A DNA stretch of 63,874 nucleotides, filler included, from Octopus bimaculoides (Eukaryota), in assembly GCF_001194135.2 (NCBI RefSeq). It is 5 parts of 4 records of this genome, joined end to end, with 100 filler letters (N's around TTAATTAATTAA, not from the genome) between each part and the next. Parts side by side here need not be neighbours in the genome. Positions count along the whole stretch, not along the records: positions 7,402 to 32,875 come from NC_068987.1; 4 more parts are not named here. One strand, 5' to 3'. A model generated the notes under the pieces. It made no database searches and was not told where the DNA came from. It saw only the letters and a program-made list of their open reading frames with translations. The translations under genes and the position numbers were made by a program. Each line of letters opens with the position of its first letter. Position 1 is the stretch's first letter. Below, piece after piece: positions 12,847 to 25,710 of this stretch.

Positions 12847-13297
12847 TTAATCCATGATTTTTCCAAGCATTGTTGTTATAAGATAATTAATAATGTGTCA
12901 ATTAATACTTTAGGATTTTACCTTATAAAATACTGGGTAAGGGGATACATTGGCTGCTATTTTTATCGTGTCGAGCGAGCAGGTAAAGGGTCTTTCATTG
13001 GTTTGATTGCGTGATGAGATTTCTTTTACACGTATATGTATAATATGCATATATATCATTGGCAGAAGCTAGAAAGTAAATCAAAACCTGAGAGTTTCGT
13101 GTATTGGCACTTATCAAACACGAATTTTTCCATCGTCACTCTGTAACTTGTGACGAAATAACTTCTAAAATACAAAATTTTCCAAAACGATTAGAGTAAA
13201 CCCTTTTGTATGTGACACATTGAACCGGTATCGGAAGTTTCAAAGTGTTTAGTTTTAAAAAATTAATTAAATAATATCTATGTCAAATTGAATTGAT

Positions 13298-13585
13298 CCG
13301 AAATAGGTAAAATGTAAAGTTGACCTCGGCGAAATTTGAACTCAAAACATAAACACAAACGAAATAAAGTCAAACATTTCATATAAATTAGGGTGAAGAG
13401 GTGCCTTACTGCCCTCCCTGAGGTCGCAAATATTTTNNNNNNNNNNAGCTGCTGCGATTACATAATGCTACTACTACACTGGGTGAGAGGTGATAGGGAA
13501 CAATAATGGCTAAGAGGGTCTATCCACTCCTCAGCACACTTGATTTCTGCTATCAGGGCTACACTATTAGATGGAGTTAAAGTTA
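13298..13585 (+). repeat. Near-identical direct duplicate of 11373-11780 (130 bp of it replaced by 10 N)
   Basis: CCGAAATAGGTAAAATG...GCAAATATTTT and AGCTGCTGCGATTAC...GAGTTAAAGTTA match with only a few substitutions. Confidence 0.88.
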
Positions 13586-13630
13586 AACCCAGTATATCTT
13601 CGCAATTAACTAACACAAAACATGCCCACT

Positions 13631-13915
13631 GGCATATGGCGTAGTGGTTAAGAGCACGGGATACTAACCCGATGATTCCGAGTTCAATTCCAGGAGGTGA
13701 TCTGAATAATAATAATAATAATGATAATAGTAACAACAATAACATCGAAAACTACCTTAGGAATGAGAACCCAGGTTCGAAATTTCCCCAAGACATCTGA
13801 TGAAATTTGGAGAGTATATCAGCTGAAACGTCGTGTTAACAACAAACTACATGAGGACAAATATCAGTCAAATATAAATAATGTACATAATTCCTCATCT
13901 CTTAAATATAGAACT
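13631..13915 (+). mobile_element. tRNA-headed SINE carrying a hammerhead ribozyme motif in its body
   Basis: A box TGGCGTAGTGG (13637-13647), B-box-like GTTCAATTCC (13682-13691), (AAT)n linker, then the HHR motif. The tail GTTAACAACAAA...GAGGACAAATATC.GTCAAAT.TAAATAATG recurs at ~62393-62441. Confidence 0.75.
13792..13837 (+). ncRNA. Minimal type-I hammerhead ribozyme motif (stem II partly decayed)
   Basis: Stem I GACAT/GTGTT, CTGATGA 13797-13803, stem II ATTTG/CAGCT (4 of 5 pairs), GAAA 13825-13828, palindromic ACGT in place of stem III, GTC cleavage triplet 13830-13832. Confidence 0.72.
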
Positions 13916-16462
13916 TTACATGATTGATATCTAAAAGTATTAGAGCCCAGCTCAGCGACAACATATTACACGCAACACGATATATCTCCAAAACAGCTAA
14001 CAGGAAAAACAATATGACAAGTAACGCACAAATATTACATAGGAGAAAAGTAACATTAATTACCCAGAAAAGTGAAAGTAAATCAGCAAAAAGCTAAACT
14101 ATTGTTAAATACTATCAATGATTTACGTTTCACTAAGAACACCATTGATAGTTTGTTTGCATCAAGTAAAAGTAGCAATACCACACACGCCTAAGCACCA
14201 TAGAGGCACAAATGACTATACTGTATAAAATTTCATCTCACTTGAAAATATAGACCATTCTTTTTATGTCCATTGTTTTAGTAAACTAGATGTAACCTGA
14301 CACAGAGGGCTGGAATGAAACATCTTATTCAGCTGCATATTCCACTGAGAAAATAGCTATTTCTAATTCATAAACTCTACGGAATAAATGCAATTCTTGT
14401 AAGACAGTGAACGAGTATTCTTTACATGGAGTGTTTCCTGAAACAACACACAACTTTATTTCAGACTGTCATAAAATTTGCTCCAAAAATACATTTGGAT
14501 ACACAATGACTTCTGCAAACTATTCTCCATGCACTCGGATTCAAAGTTTAAACTATTGCAATATAATGCTATGATGCACTTAAAGGAAAATCCATTTCTC
14601 AGAAAATCGAATAGTGAAAAGAATATGTATTCTGTCACTCGTTTCAGGCATGCGGCTGCGGTCATGCTGCAGCAATACCATTGATTTATGATATATACTA
14701 TGGAAATTTAGCTTATAATAAGCCTTATTTTATTTTCATCAGAGAAATTCAAATATTAAGTATCAGAATGGCTATTGCCAATGGCTATTGCCAATGGCTA
14801 TAACCTATGCATAACACAGCTAATAGTTTAAGGCCCAACAAGCTACATGTTGAAGGAAGCATTGAAGTAGATGTAAATGCTTCAATCATTCTATATTTAA
14901 TTCGTACAAATAAAATGTTATATAACCATCCCTGTAAAGTCATGATAAAGTTTCCTAAAAGGATCGGAAAATAAATCTTCTAGAAAATAGCTATTGTTTG
15001 ATTTCCAAACATTACTTGGGAATTCACATATGTTGAATATATTAGTTAAATTTCAACATCAATGTTGACCATTGAATGTTTTCAATATGTTGGATGCCCG
15101 TTAATGACTTGTTTAGCAATTAACATCATTGTCCACGCTGAAAACTCGTAGTAACAATATACTCCAACATGTTCTGATTCTACAACAACGCCAGAACCAC
15201 ATACATCACACGCACATATTTTCAGCAAATATATCGATCAAAATTTTCTGATTCTTCAATCGTATTTTCTTGATAGTTAAAATTTTATGACGCTAAGACA
15301 AATGTATTTCCAATGTTCTTGATGGGGAACCAAAATGTTTGAGAATACCTACAAGCTTAAATTGTGTTTCTATACATACGTATATANNNNNNNNNNNNNN
15401 NNNNNNNNNNNNNNNNNNNNNNNNNNNNNNNNNNNNNNNNNNNNNNNNNNNNNNNNNNNNNNNNNNNNNNNNNNNNNNNNNNNNNNNNNNNNNNNNNNNN
15501 NNNNNNNNNNNNNNNNNNNNNNNNNNNNNNNNNNNNNNTATATATATATACATGCATACATACATACATACATACATACATACATGCATACATACATATG
15601 TATGTATGTATGTACGTACGTAGGTTATAAAATAAATACGTATACCTTCAACTAAAACGAGATAAATGTAAAGTTAGGCCCAATAAAATTGATTGAATAT
15701 TGGGAAGAAAAGCATAAGATGAAGGAAAGACAAACAGCGAAAGAAATTAATAATTCTGACATTGACTAACTCTTATAAACCTAATGACCGAAAAGAACGG
15801 TTTCTTATATGAATACAATAAAGAAGAAACACCGTTAAGAGAAGCATTATTGATCGAATCGACCTGGGCACTTAAAACCGGAAAGAGGATGAGAGTATAT
15901 TTGTATACGTATGGCGTATACATAAACATACATAAATACAAACATATCTACATGTATATATGTATATATTATATTATTACATACATATATATATATATGC
16001 ATACACATATATGTATATATGTATGTATAAATAAATACATATACACACGGACATACGTATATATATATATATATAACAATATATGAATGACTATATAGAT
16101 AGGCATACATAAGAGTATGTGTAAACACTCAGACATTCATATATCAAGGAGCAGTTTCGATATATCGGATAAAAGAACAAAGGATTTGTAATCATCTTCA
16201 TCAATGGCACCATAATATACCATTGTTCCCCTTTGCTTTATGTCCGGAATTGATTGAATATGATCAAATATTTCGATTGCGTTCAGTTTAATTAATCTAT
16301 GTTGCATATATCTAAAGACTGTCTACAACAGTGAAGTATACATAAGCATAGCCATATGCATATTAATTCCCGTATATGTGCGTGCGTGCATTGTGTATGT
16401 ATAGTATGTATACGCACACAGATATGTGCCTGCATGCATACACATACGCATATATACACATG

Positions 16463-16524
<62 letters not shown>

Positions 16525-18036
16525 TACATATACAGACGCACATTTTTATATAGATTAAAGTACACTAAAGAAACCTTTTAATCCTACTGTGTTCGATGAA
16601 TAAATTACCAGTGTAAAATGTTTGAGTAGCTGTAATATTGCAGTATCAGCGTGAATGTATGTTGGTAAATGTTCCATCATACGACGTTATGATTTCATAT
16701 AACGTCATGTATTACTAGATACGTTTAAAGATTTCTTCTGTAGGAGTGCCTAACTTGCTTACAAAATTTGCTCTAGATTACCTGTACTATATTTCTCCAC
16801 CTTTTCCATTCTCTTCTAGATAGTTCAAAGTTCAATGAGATTTTTAACCTCCTGTATAAAATAGTGAGATATTCATATGCTTATATATTAACGTGCATAC
16901 ATATATGATGATACAGATGTAGACATATATAATTAGATATGTGTATACATATACGTCTATATATATATATATATATATATATNNNNNNNNNNNNNNNNNN
17001 NNNNNNNNNNNNNNNNNNNNNNNNNNNNNNNNNNNNNNNNNNNNNNNNNNNNNNNNNNNNNNNNNNNNNNNNNNNNNNNNNNNNNNNNNNNNNNNNNNNN
17101 NNNNNNNNNNNNNNNNNNNNNNNNNNNNNNNNNNNNNNNNNNNNNNNNNNNNNNNNNNNNNNNNNNNNNNNNNNNNNNNNNNNNNNNNNNNNNNNNNNNN
17201 NNNNNNNNNNNNNNNNNNNNNNNNNNNNNNNNNNNNNNNNNNNNNNNNNNNNNNNNNNNNNNNNNNNNNNNNNNNNNNNNNNNNNNNNNNNNNNNNNNNN
17301 NNNNNNNNNNNNNNNNNNNNNNNNNNNNNNNNNNNNNNNNNNNNNNNNNNNNNNNNNNNNNNNNNNNNNNNNNNNNNNNNNNNNNNNNNNNNNNNNNNNN
17401 NNNNNNNNNNNNNNNNNNNNNNNNNNNNNNNNNNNNNNNNNNNNNNNNNNNNNNNNNNNNNNNNNNNNNNNNNNNNNNNNNNNNNNNNNNNNNNNNNNNN
17501 NNNNNNNNNNNNNNNNNNNNNNNNNNNNNNNNNNNNNNNNNNNNNNNNNNNNNNNNNNNNNNNNNNNNNNNNNNNNNNNNNNNNNNNNNNNNNNNNNNNN
17601 NNNNNNNNNNNNNNNNNNNNNNNNNNNNNNNNNNNNNNNNNNNNNNNNNNNNNNNNNNNNNNNNNNNNNNNNNNNNNNNNNNNNNNNNNNNNNNNNNNNN
17701 NNNNNNNNNNNNNNNNNNNNNNNNNNNNNNNNNNNNNNNNNNNNNNNNNNNNNNNNNNNNNNNNNNNNNNNNNNNNNNNNNNNNNNNNNNNNNNNNNNNN
17801 NNNNNNNNNNNNNNNNNNNNNNNNNNNNNNNNNNNNNNNNNNNNNNNNNNNNNNNNNNNNNNNNNNNNNNATATACGGATTATATGTGTGTGCGCCTGGG
17901 CGTGCGTGGGTGCATGTATGTATATATAAAATTATATGCATAGGAAATTATATAAATGGAAAGGAAACAAGAAACAAAAAAAGGATTGATGTACATAATT
18001 TCTTATTTTGTTATCTTTCATATAACTCCTATATAT

Positions 18037-18495
18037 ACAGTAAAGCGAATAGCTACTTGAAAGTGGCAGTTGAATGTTACAACTGGTTTAACCCCAGGCG
18101 GTTTCTCCGCCAGCTGGCTTTCGGTGCAAGTTCTGCACCCTTTATATACAATACATTACTAGCAGCTTACAGGGTGGCGAGGCTGGCCCGGTTTCGAGCT
18201 ATTTGGCTCGTCCTCAGCCACGCGCACATGCGCAGTGGAGTGATAGCTTACATCCGTTTCTACCAGTGATATATTGTAAACAAAGTGACCATCGGTCATT
18301 GATTTTCAACAAGTAAAATAACTAGTTATACAATCTCAAGCGGAGATAGAGTAGTAACATATATTCAACAGTAAAGTGAGTAAACAATGAAAGTAGCAGG
18401 TGAATGTTACTACTGGTTTAACTGCAGGTGCATTCTCCGCCAGCTGGTTTTCGGTGCAATCTCTCCGCCCTTTATATAGAGTACATCGCTAGCAA
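18037..18495. repeat. Two diverged ~128-bp direct repeats (18037-18165, 18368-18495), period ~331 bp
   Basis: Shared TGAATGTTAC(A/T)ACTGGTTTAAC...TTCTCCGCCAGCTGG(C/T)TTTCGGTGCAA...CCCTTTATATA...CTAGCA; roughly 80% identity by eye. Confidence 0.85.
18184..18221 (-). ncRNA. Minimal hammerhead ribozyme motif (cleavage triplet mutated)
   Basis: Minus strand reads TGG-CTGAGGA-C-GAGC-CAAATA-GCTC-GAAA-CCGG-GC-CAG. Perfect 4-bp stem II and palindromic CCGG, but GGC where GTC is expected, and weak stem I. Confidence 0.62.
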
Positions 18496-18879
18496 GGGGA
18501 GCAAACCGTGTAAATCATATTTGAATTCATTCTTACGTCATCGCTGTTGCATACCAGCAAATGGTTTATACACTATTTGGACATAGTCATATAGTGGCGA
18601 TTCTGTTCGCCCCCAATTCGGTTCATGTACGTGATGTTGATATGCCACAAAAAGGCCAATCGTTAATATCTATCCCTCCTGAATGAAATTTGGGTCGAGT
18701 CGTCTCGCCTGTTGACGACTTTAATGTGCTTCAACACTCGGTGCTTTGAGGGAGTCATTCCCATCGCTCTGATTTGCAGCGTGCCGCCGAACAAGTTCGT
18801 TGCTTGTATTCAGTAAGCGTGGTCAATAATGATACAACACTAGTGCCCATTCTAATTTATATTTGAATGTATGTGTAAT

Positions 18880-18925
<46 letters not shown>

Positions 18926-18932
18926 CGTGTGC

Positions 18933-18970
<38 letters not shown>

Positions 18971-19071
18971 CTGTGTGTGTGATTCTCCGCCGAAAGCAAT
19001 TTCTAAATAAATTTAGTAAGTGGATAGTTAATTAGTATTCCTGGAGAATACTTTATTATCGATTTTGATTA

Positions 19072-19916
19072 AACAGGTTGTTCAATAAAAAAAAAAAAAC
19101 TTTGCCAGTTCTTGTTTATATGACTTCAAATTTTAACAGCAAGTCTAGAATTAGATCAAGATCTTATGTTTATTGTTTGATATGTTTATCCTTTCAGATA
19201 TAAAAATGGCATTCACTGGAAGAGAAAAGGCGTTTTGTGATTTGGAGTATGCTTAAACACAGTCGATAAACAGTCTCTAACGTGCATTTATCAGAGAGTT
19301 CTCTAAAAAGTCACCAATGGCAATGCATATTTGGACATGCCACAAAAAAGTCAAAGTGGAAGGCTATCTGTGCAGGGCAAAATTATCTGGGCAATCACTA
19401 ACATCAGAAGACAAGGTCGAGCGGGTTCCCCAAAACCTCTTGTGAAGACCCCAAATGTCTATAAGTAGAACAAGTCTGGACATCCAGATTCCTCCAAAGA
19501 CAGTTTGGCGCGTCCTGAGGAAACGCTTGCTAATGAAACCCTACAAGCTGCTGCTCGTTCAGGCCTTAATCACAGATGACAAGCGAAAGCGCAAATAATT
19601 CTGTGTTGATATGCAAGAGACACTTGACGAATCCGAGTTCAAGGAACGTCTTGTTTTCAGTGATGAGGCCACATTTCGTATGAATGGGAAAGTCAATAAG
19701 CATAATTTTCGCGTTTGGGGGCGCAGAAAATCCCCATGTTGAGCATTTGTGAAATCGCTCATGAAATCTGCATACTTTTGAATTTCTCATTAAAATTTTG
19801 AGGAATAAATCATATTTTACTCAACATTAAGCCTGTCTAGTTTCATTTGCTTTGACTATGTAGCTTCTGTGATATTTACATCTCAAATGATAACAATTTT
19901 TTTTAAACACCCTGTA
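19072..19916 (+). mobile_element. Tc1/mariner-superfamily transposon relic, internally deleted (rosa/DD41D-like N-terminus)
   Basis: MAFTGREKAFCDLEY... N-terminus at 19206; RLVFSDEATFRMNGKVNKHNFRVWG (first catalytic D) at ~19647-19720. Right end TTTTAAACACCCTGTA (to 19916); degenerate left end AACAGGTTGTTCAATAAAA (~19072). Confidence 0.8.
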
Positions 19917-22095
19917 TTGTTTCATCACTGTAGTGGTGGCATAAAAGGTCATTCAATAGCATTCGTTTTGGTATTACCATATATTTAATTACCTATCTGT
20001 TTGTTTATCTATCTATCTATCAATCTATCTATCTATCTATCTATCTGTCTGTCTCTCTGTCTGTATGTCTGTATGTCTGTCTGTCAGTCAGTCTATCTCT
20101 CTCTCTCTCTCTCGCTATATATATATATNNNNNNNNNNNNNNNNNNNNNNNNNNNNNNNNNNNNNNNNNNNNNNNNNNNNNNNNNNNNNNNNNNNNNNNN
20201 NNNNNNNNNNNNNNNNNNNNNNNNNNNNNNNNNNNNNNNNNNNNNNNNNNNNNNNNNNNNNNNNNNNNNNNNNNNNNNNNNNNTGTATGTATATAAGTAT
20301 ATGTGTATATATTTGTATGTACGCGGGCGAGCCCACAATCAAGTTAATTGAAATATTCGTACATTTACATTTACCATAGTTTTTTTTTTTCGCTAGCACT
20401 CGCTTTCATCTCTTGAAAAAAATGTTCTTCTTTCTGTGTAATACAACACCAAGCCGGACTCTGATCGACGCAGCGGACTGTCAGACACGGTTATATTATG
20501 GATTTTCCGCTCTCTCAGCGTCAGTGTTCATTACATTCGTAATCATTGTGAACAGTTTTCATCTTATATTATCACAAGGCAATACATTTATTTTGCAAAC
20601 TTTGTCAATCAGTCTTTAACTTACACAAAGTAGCGGCACACGTTTCTAAAACCTCACTGACATGATTCGCAGCCCGTGTGATATATTTTTTACCCACCAA
20701 TCAATAAGAAGAAAACTTTTGTCAGGAAAAGTATCTGAACTGAACAGTTTATACGTCCCAATGAATAAGAGATAGATGTATTTGTAAATACATTGAGTGT
20801 TAATATGTTTGTTGTCGCTTTGTGTGTGGATCATTAATTTATTGAAGATTTGCATTACCCCAACAAATCTGCAAATATAATTTTAGGCCTTTACCTATCA
20901 GAAAAGAAATTATCATTAGGATATGAACAGCATAATGTCTATTTTAATTGAAGTGGTGGATTGGGAAGAAACTTCAGCGTGACTGTTCACCGATGTTATG
21001 CAGACCCATAACCACATGGTTTTTCTCATATATTTTCGGACAAAGACAAATCAGAAAGGTTAGGTCTGTCACAAGTGTTTCACACCAGTTAGCATAAACG
21101 TGTGATGTGGTAATTTTTTAAAAGTAAATGTACTTTCATTTTCATACACACAACGCATACACAAGTATATATATATATGTATGTGTATATATGTATATAT
21201 ANNNNNNNNNNNNNNNNNNNNNNNNNNNNNNNNNNNNNNNNNNNNNNNNNNNNNNNNNNNNNNNNNNNNNNNNNNNNNNNNNNNNNNNNNNNNNNNNNNN
21301 NNNNNNNNNNNNNNNNNNNNNNNNNNNNNNNNNNNNNNNNNNNNNNNNNNNNNNNNNNNNNNNNNNNNNNNNNNNNNNNNNNNNNNNNNNNNNNNNTATA
21401 CATATATATACACATACACCTACACACAAATGCACACAGCGACACATCCATATATTTATTAAAATTTACGTACATAAGTACGTGTGATTATGTGATGGGT
21501 TCGCTGGAATGTCGCTTGCCCATGTCTTTTCGTGACATTTAAGATTAATGGTGTTAACATTCACCTCGAACTATTGCCATAGACATCTACCTCAAAGAAT
21601 TATTTTGGAAGGGAATTCCAAATGGTCAACGTTGTAAGAAAGATGTTTTCTTTTACGTAACTCGGCGAACGAAATTACATTTGGCTGTGAACATATAAAT
21701 GAGTTTTAACCATTAATGAATTTAAGACATCACAGTGAACGAAATTTACGATAACCTTAAAGGCTATTGCCAGAAGGTTAACATGGTGAGGTCAAAAGTT
21801 TAACTTATATTCTTGTCAGTTTAATTTCCGCTTAAAGCGATTGACTGGATTGCTGAGAGTCTGAAACAATATGAAATATTTATACTTAAACATTTATCTG
21901 TATACATGTATATTTGTAAGTATGTATGAATATTTTTACGTATGTAAGTAAGGAAGTATGCATGTACATAAGTGTTTATGTGTGTGTGCGTGTGCGGGTG
22001 TGGGTGTAAATTTTAACATGTACTTTCGTATGTGTTCTGCTATATATACTGACATAGCTGTGTAAAAACGCATATAATTGTATAGAAGGTAATTT

Positions 22096-22322
22096 GTGGT
22101 GGTGGTGGTGGACAAGAAGAAGAAGAAGAAGATGATGATGATGATGATGATGATGAAGAAGAAGAAGAAGAAGAAGAAGAAGAAGAAGAAGAAGAAGAAG
22201 AAGAAGAAGAAGAAGAAGAAGAAGAAGAAGAAGAAGAAGAAGAAGAAGAAGAAGAAGAAGAAGAAGAAGAAGAAGAAGAAGAAGAAGAAGAAGAAGAAGA
22301 AGAAGAAGAAGAAGAAGAAGAA
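22096..22322. repeat. Compound microsatellite (GGT)n-(GAA)n-(GAT)n-(GAA)~56
   Basis: Read directly. The poly-K and poly-S ORFs in the track come from this tract. Confidence 0.97.
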
Positions 22323-23363
22323 AGTTTCACTGCTATGCTAACAGGTTTACATATTTCTTTTTACTTGTTTGTAACGTCGTGAACAAATCATTCTCCCTAC
22401 TCAGCCAGTCCTGTTTCAAGTCGCCACATTTAAGACTGTATCGGCGTCATTTCTATCTCATTCTAGTGATTTAAAACTTTCATCAGATTTTACGACACAT
22501 TTGCATTTCACTTGAATTAACCTCTTTCTTGGAAGCTCCATTTCTGGATATTTCACTTTGACAACATTCTTGCCATCACATCTTTCAATATATCTTCCAA
22601 CTTCTACTCCTACTTTTTCCTCCTCCAAAACCATCCACACTATACGAACAGTTATTTACTCTCGTTTCTTCCGCCTACATTTTCAGCACGGACGATGCCT
22701 CAGTTTTGTGTCCCTGTCAAGTCAAAATGTCATTTTTGTCTCTTAATTCGACGGGAAAAACTTCATACAAAAGATGAAGTCATTCTCACTCTGAGCTCAC
22801 CAAATCTACCATCCTTCTGCTTTCTCTCACATGTATGTCCCACACATAAGAACATGTCTTTTCCTTTAGTGACCGACACATATAAGTCTCCGTTAGATCT
22901 ACTTCTTACTTCCCACATTACCGCTCACCCAATTCTTAATAACCTCCAACACTTTCAATCAAGTGACATAGTAACCTACACAATTTAGTAGTCAGTAACA
23001 CTATCCTTTCCTCCACTTGTAACGCCCCCCTACCTCTCTAGGCAAAACAATCAGAATTTCAATATGTCTGAGACCTTAAACTGTACGTCTACCATTTTCA
23101 TTGACTGCTTTAAATTTTTTTCTCTGTGACACCCACCTTGGAGACCATATCTCAGTTGTTCGTCATATCCGACCCATGCATCTCTCGACACAACATGTGA
23201 TAGTGTTTGGCGGGGGCTTACACAATGGATTCCCAAAGATCAGGCATCACAGAGATTAGTTATTTTATCTTTCCCTTCAAAACATACACAAGTATACGCT
23301 AGCAATTGCATGTCACAAACACACACACAGAAACCCACAGATATACAGACACACACACGCACA

Positions 23364-23400
<37 letters not shown>

Positions 23401-25359
23401 CACATTTACAGAAAACAAAAGACGCGGACAAGTATAGGGACAACAAGCAGGTGTATAAGTTTAACGCTCGAGACAAATGCAAAAGTCTTTTACTTTTCGA
23501 ACCTACGGTCTGATACAGAAGGGATTAAGAGGGGGAAATGGGAGGAAATAATGTGTCGCAGCATTTGCTCCATTCCCCTCGTGTCCTCACCATTTTTCTA
23601 AGTATTTATGGAAGATTTAGCGATTCGCTAATGTGTACATATAGATTTAATATAACAGTAGTGTCTAATGTTTCACCAAAAATGACAATTATTACCGAAA
23701 CTCACGTGTCAGTATTGAAAATTGCTTGTGCAGTATTGCAAATCTGTTTGCATTGAGAATATGTCTGTGCAGATAAATTTTCTAATTTGTTATAACCATT
23801 ACAGTTAATTTCACTCTGAAGCATCATTCTTTACTAAATCTATTTTGCAATTTATTTTACATAAATTATTTTACATATTCTACATTGCTCACAAAAGAAA
23901 AGTTCGAATATGGGTTTAGGCACGCTACGACCAAAGTCATATGCTTTAAAATTTCTTAAGTTGTTCTTGTAAACGTCGTTACACTCATATGTGATGAAAC
24001 TGGTAAAATGGATTACCTCACCATGTGTTACTTTACACTGAATCATCTCTAATCAAACCGACAAATAAGAAAATTCGATTCCTGTAAGTCTAGCGTAGTT
24101 AAATTTATAGTTATAGTTCAACTATCCTTTTCAATTTTGATTTCCTTCTTTTAACACAGCGGGTTATAATTAAAGGAAATCCTATTGAGCGATCGTGTAG
24201 AAATACTTGTTTGGTCTCTTGAAACTCGTTGTAAGTCACATGGAAATTTATACGTATAATTAAGCTTCTGCTTTCATATTCCTCATTGGAATGCTATAGC
24301 AAACATGAATCCAACACTTTGCCGTTTTAAAATGAAACCATATTTTAAATAGTTCGCATATCTTTAATGTAACGTTCTATATAACTTAAAACGTCTCACA
24401 CAAAATCTATCGTATTACAAAAACAAACTGTTTAGCTTCTTCGAATATAAACTATCCCAAATCTTTTTGTTAGTGGAATGCATCAGGTACTTTTTATATT
24501 TGCAACGAGCTAATCTCACTCATACACTCATATTGTCATTTTTATAATGAGTGAAACTATTCATCTGATGTTAACATACCTATAGCATTGCACGCGAAAT
24601 AATCAAGTCAATAAATACTGCATAAAGAATTCGCATGACGTTATCGTGCTAAAAAATGAATATAGATATATGAAGCGACATCATTCTAATATATAGCAGC
24701 AGACTTTTCCTAACACCTATTATTATATTTGACAATTATGATTTATTCTTCCGGTCAGCTCACCGAGAAATCTACTTATATTACATTTATCAGTGAAGAT
24801 CGGCGCAACGGATTTTCATTTTATGAACAAATTATTCTACAATCATTCTTTCTGGTGAAATAATATTACTTTGTATGGTATTATAATGTAATAGTGCTAA
24901 CGTCTACGATTGTGGCACACACGGATTTTACTGTAGATTAACCTTACAGTACCTTATTCGAATTCACTGTCTTTGTGACTAATGTAATCGTAGATATAAT
25001 TTCTTTGGTCATTTATTCTACCTAATACCATCCTTGATAATAATTTTCCATCATCATATTTTCCTAGATAATACAGTCTGATTCAATATTCCGACTTATA
25101 GTATCTAAGTCTCTATTGTCTTACTCGAACTATAGCTGAGCATGTAGTGTATGATTTGATGGAAACCTGATTGCTATTATAATCAGCTCAGGGTAATTCA
25201 TTATTGGTTATCTGTTAAATACTTGATATTATCTGATAATTAACATTTACTTAATTATATATTTTCCTCTAGTGGATCATCGGGGATATAAATCACCCAA
25301 TGTGATATTTAACTGTGCTTTTGGAGAGATTAGATCGATTCATCTCCTCGAAAGAAATT

Positions 25360-25710
25360 CGCTTTCTAACCACATAGTTCTGGGTTTAGTCCCACTGTCT
25401 GGCACTTTGGGCAAGTGTTCTCTACATTTCCTATAGCCTTGTATCGACGAAAGCTTTCTTAGTGAATTAGGCAAAGATAAACTCAAAGAAGCACGTCGAA
25501 TGTGTGCGTGTGATTTTTGTCCGTTTTCTTTCCCCACTGACCCTCGAGAACAGTCGGTCTTGTGTTTAGATCTCCGCACTTAGCGTATCAGCAAAGAGGT
25601 CGATAGAATAAGTACCAGGCTTTTGAAAAAAGTACTGGAGTCCAGCTGTTCGACTAGAATTGTTCAAGGCTGAGCCCCAGCACGACTACAGTCTAATGAC
25701 TGAAAAAGAA
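25360..25710 (+). mobile_element. SINE family A, nearly full length, decayed
   Basis: AACCACATAGTTCTGGGTTTAGTCCCACTG...GATAGAATAAGTACCAGGC...CCCCAGCACGACTACAGTC..ATGACTGAAA. Confidence 0.75.

Noticed and set aside
13631-13700. tRNA gene
   Set aside because: A and B boxes are present, but there is no complete acceptor stem or cloverleaf and it continues into a SINE body; treated as a SINE head.
14478-14684. FCKLFSMHSDSKFKLLQY, faint resemblance to a hAT transposase segment
   Set aside because: Lacks the diagnostic RW motif and supporting colinear fragments.
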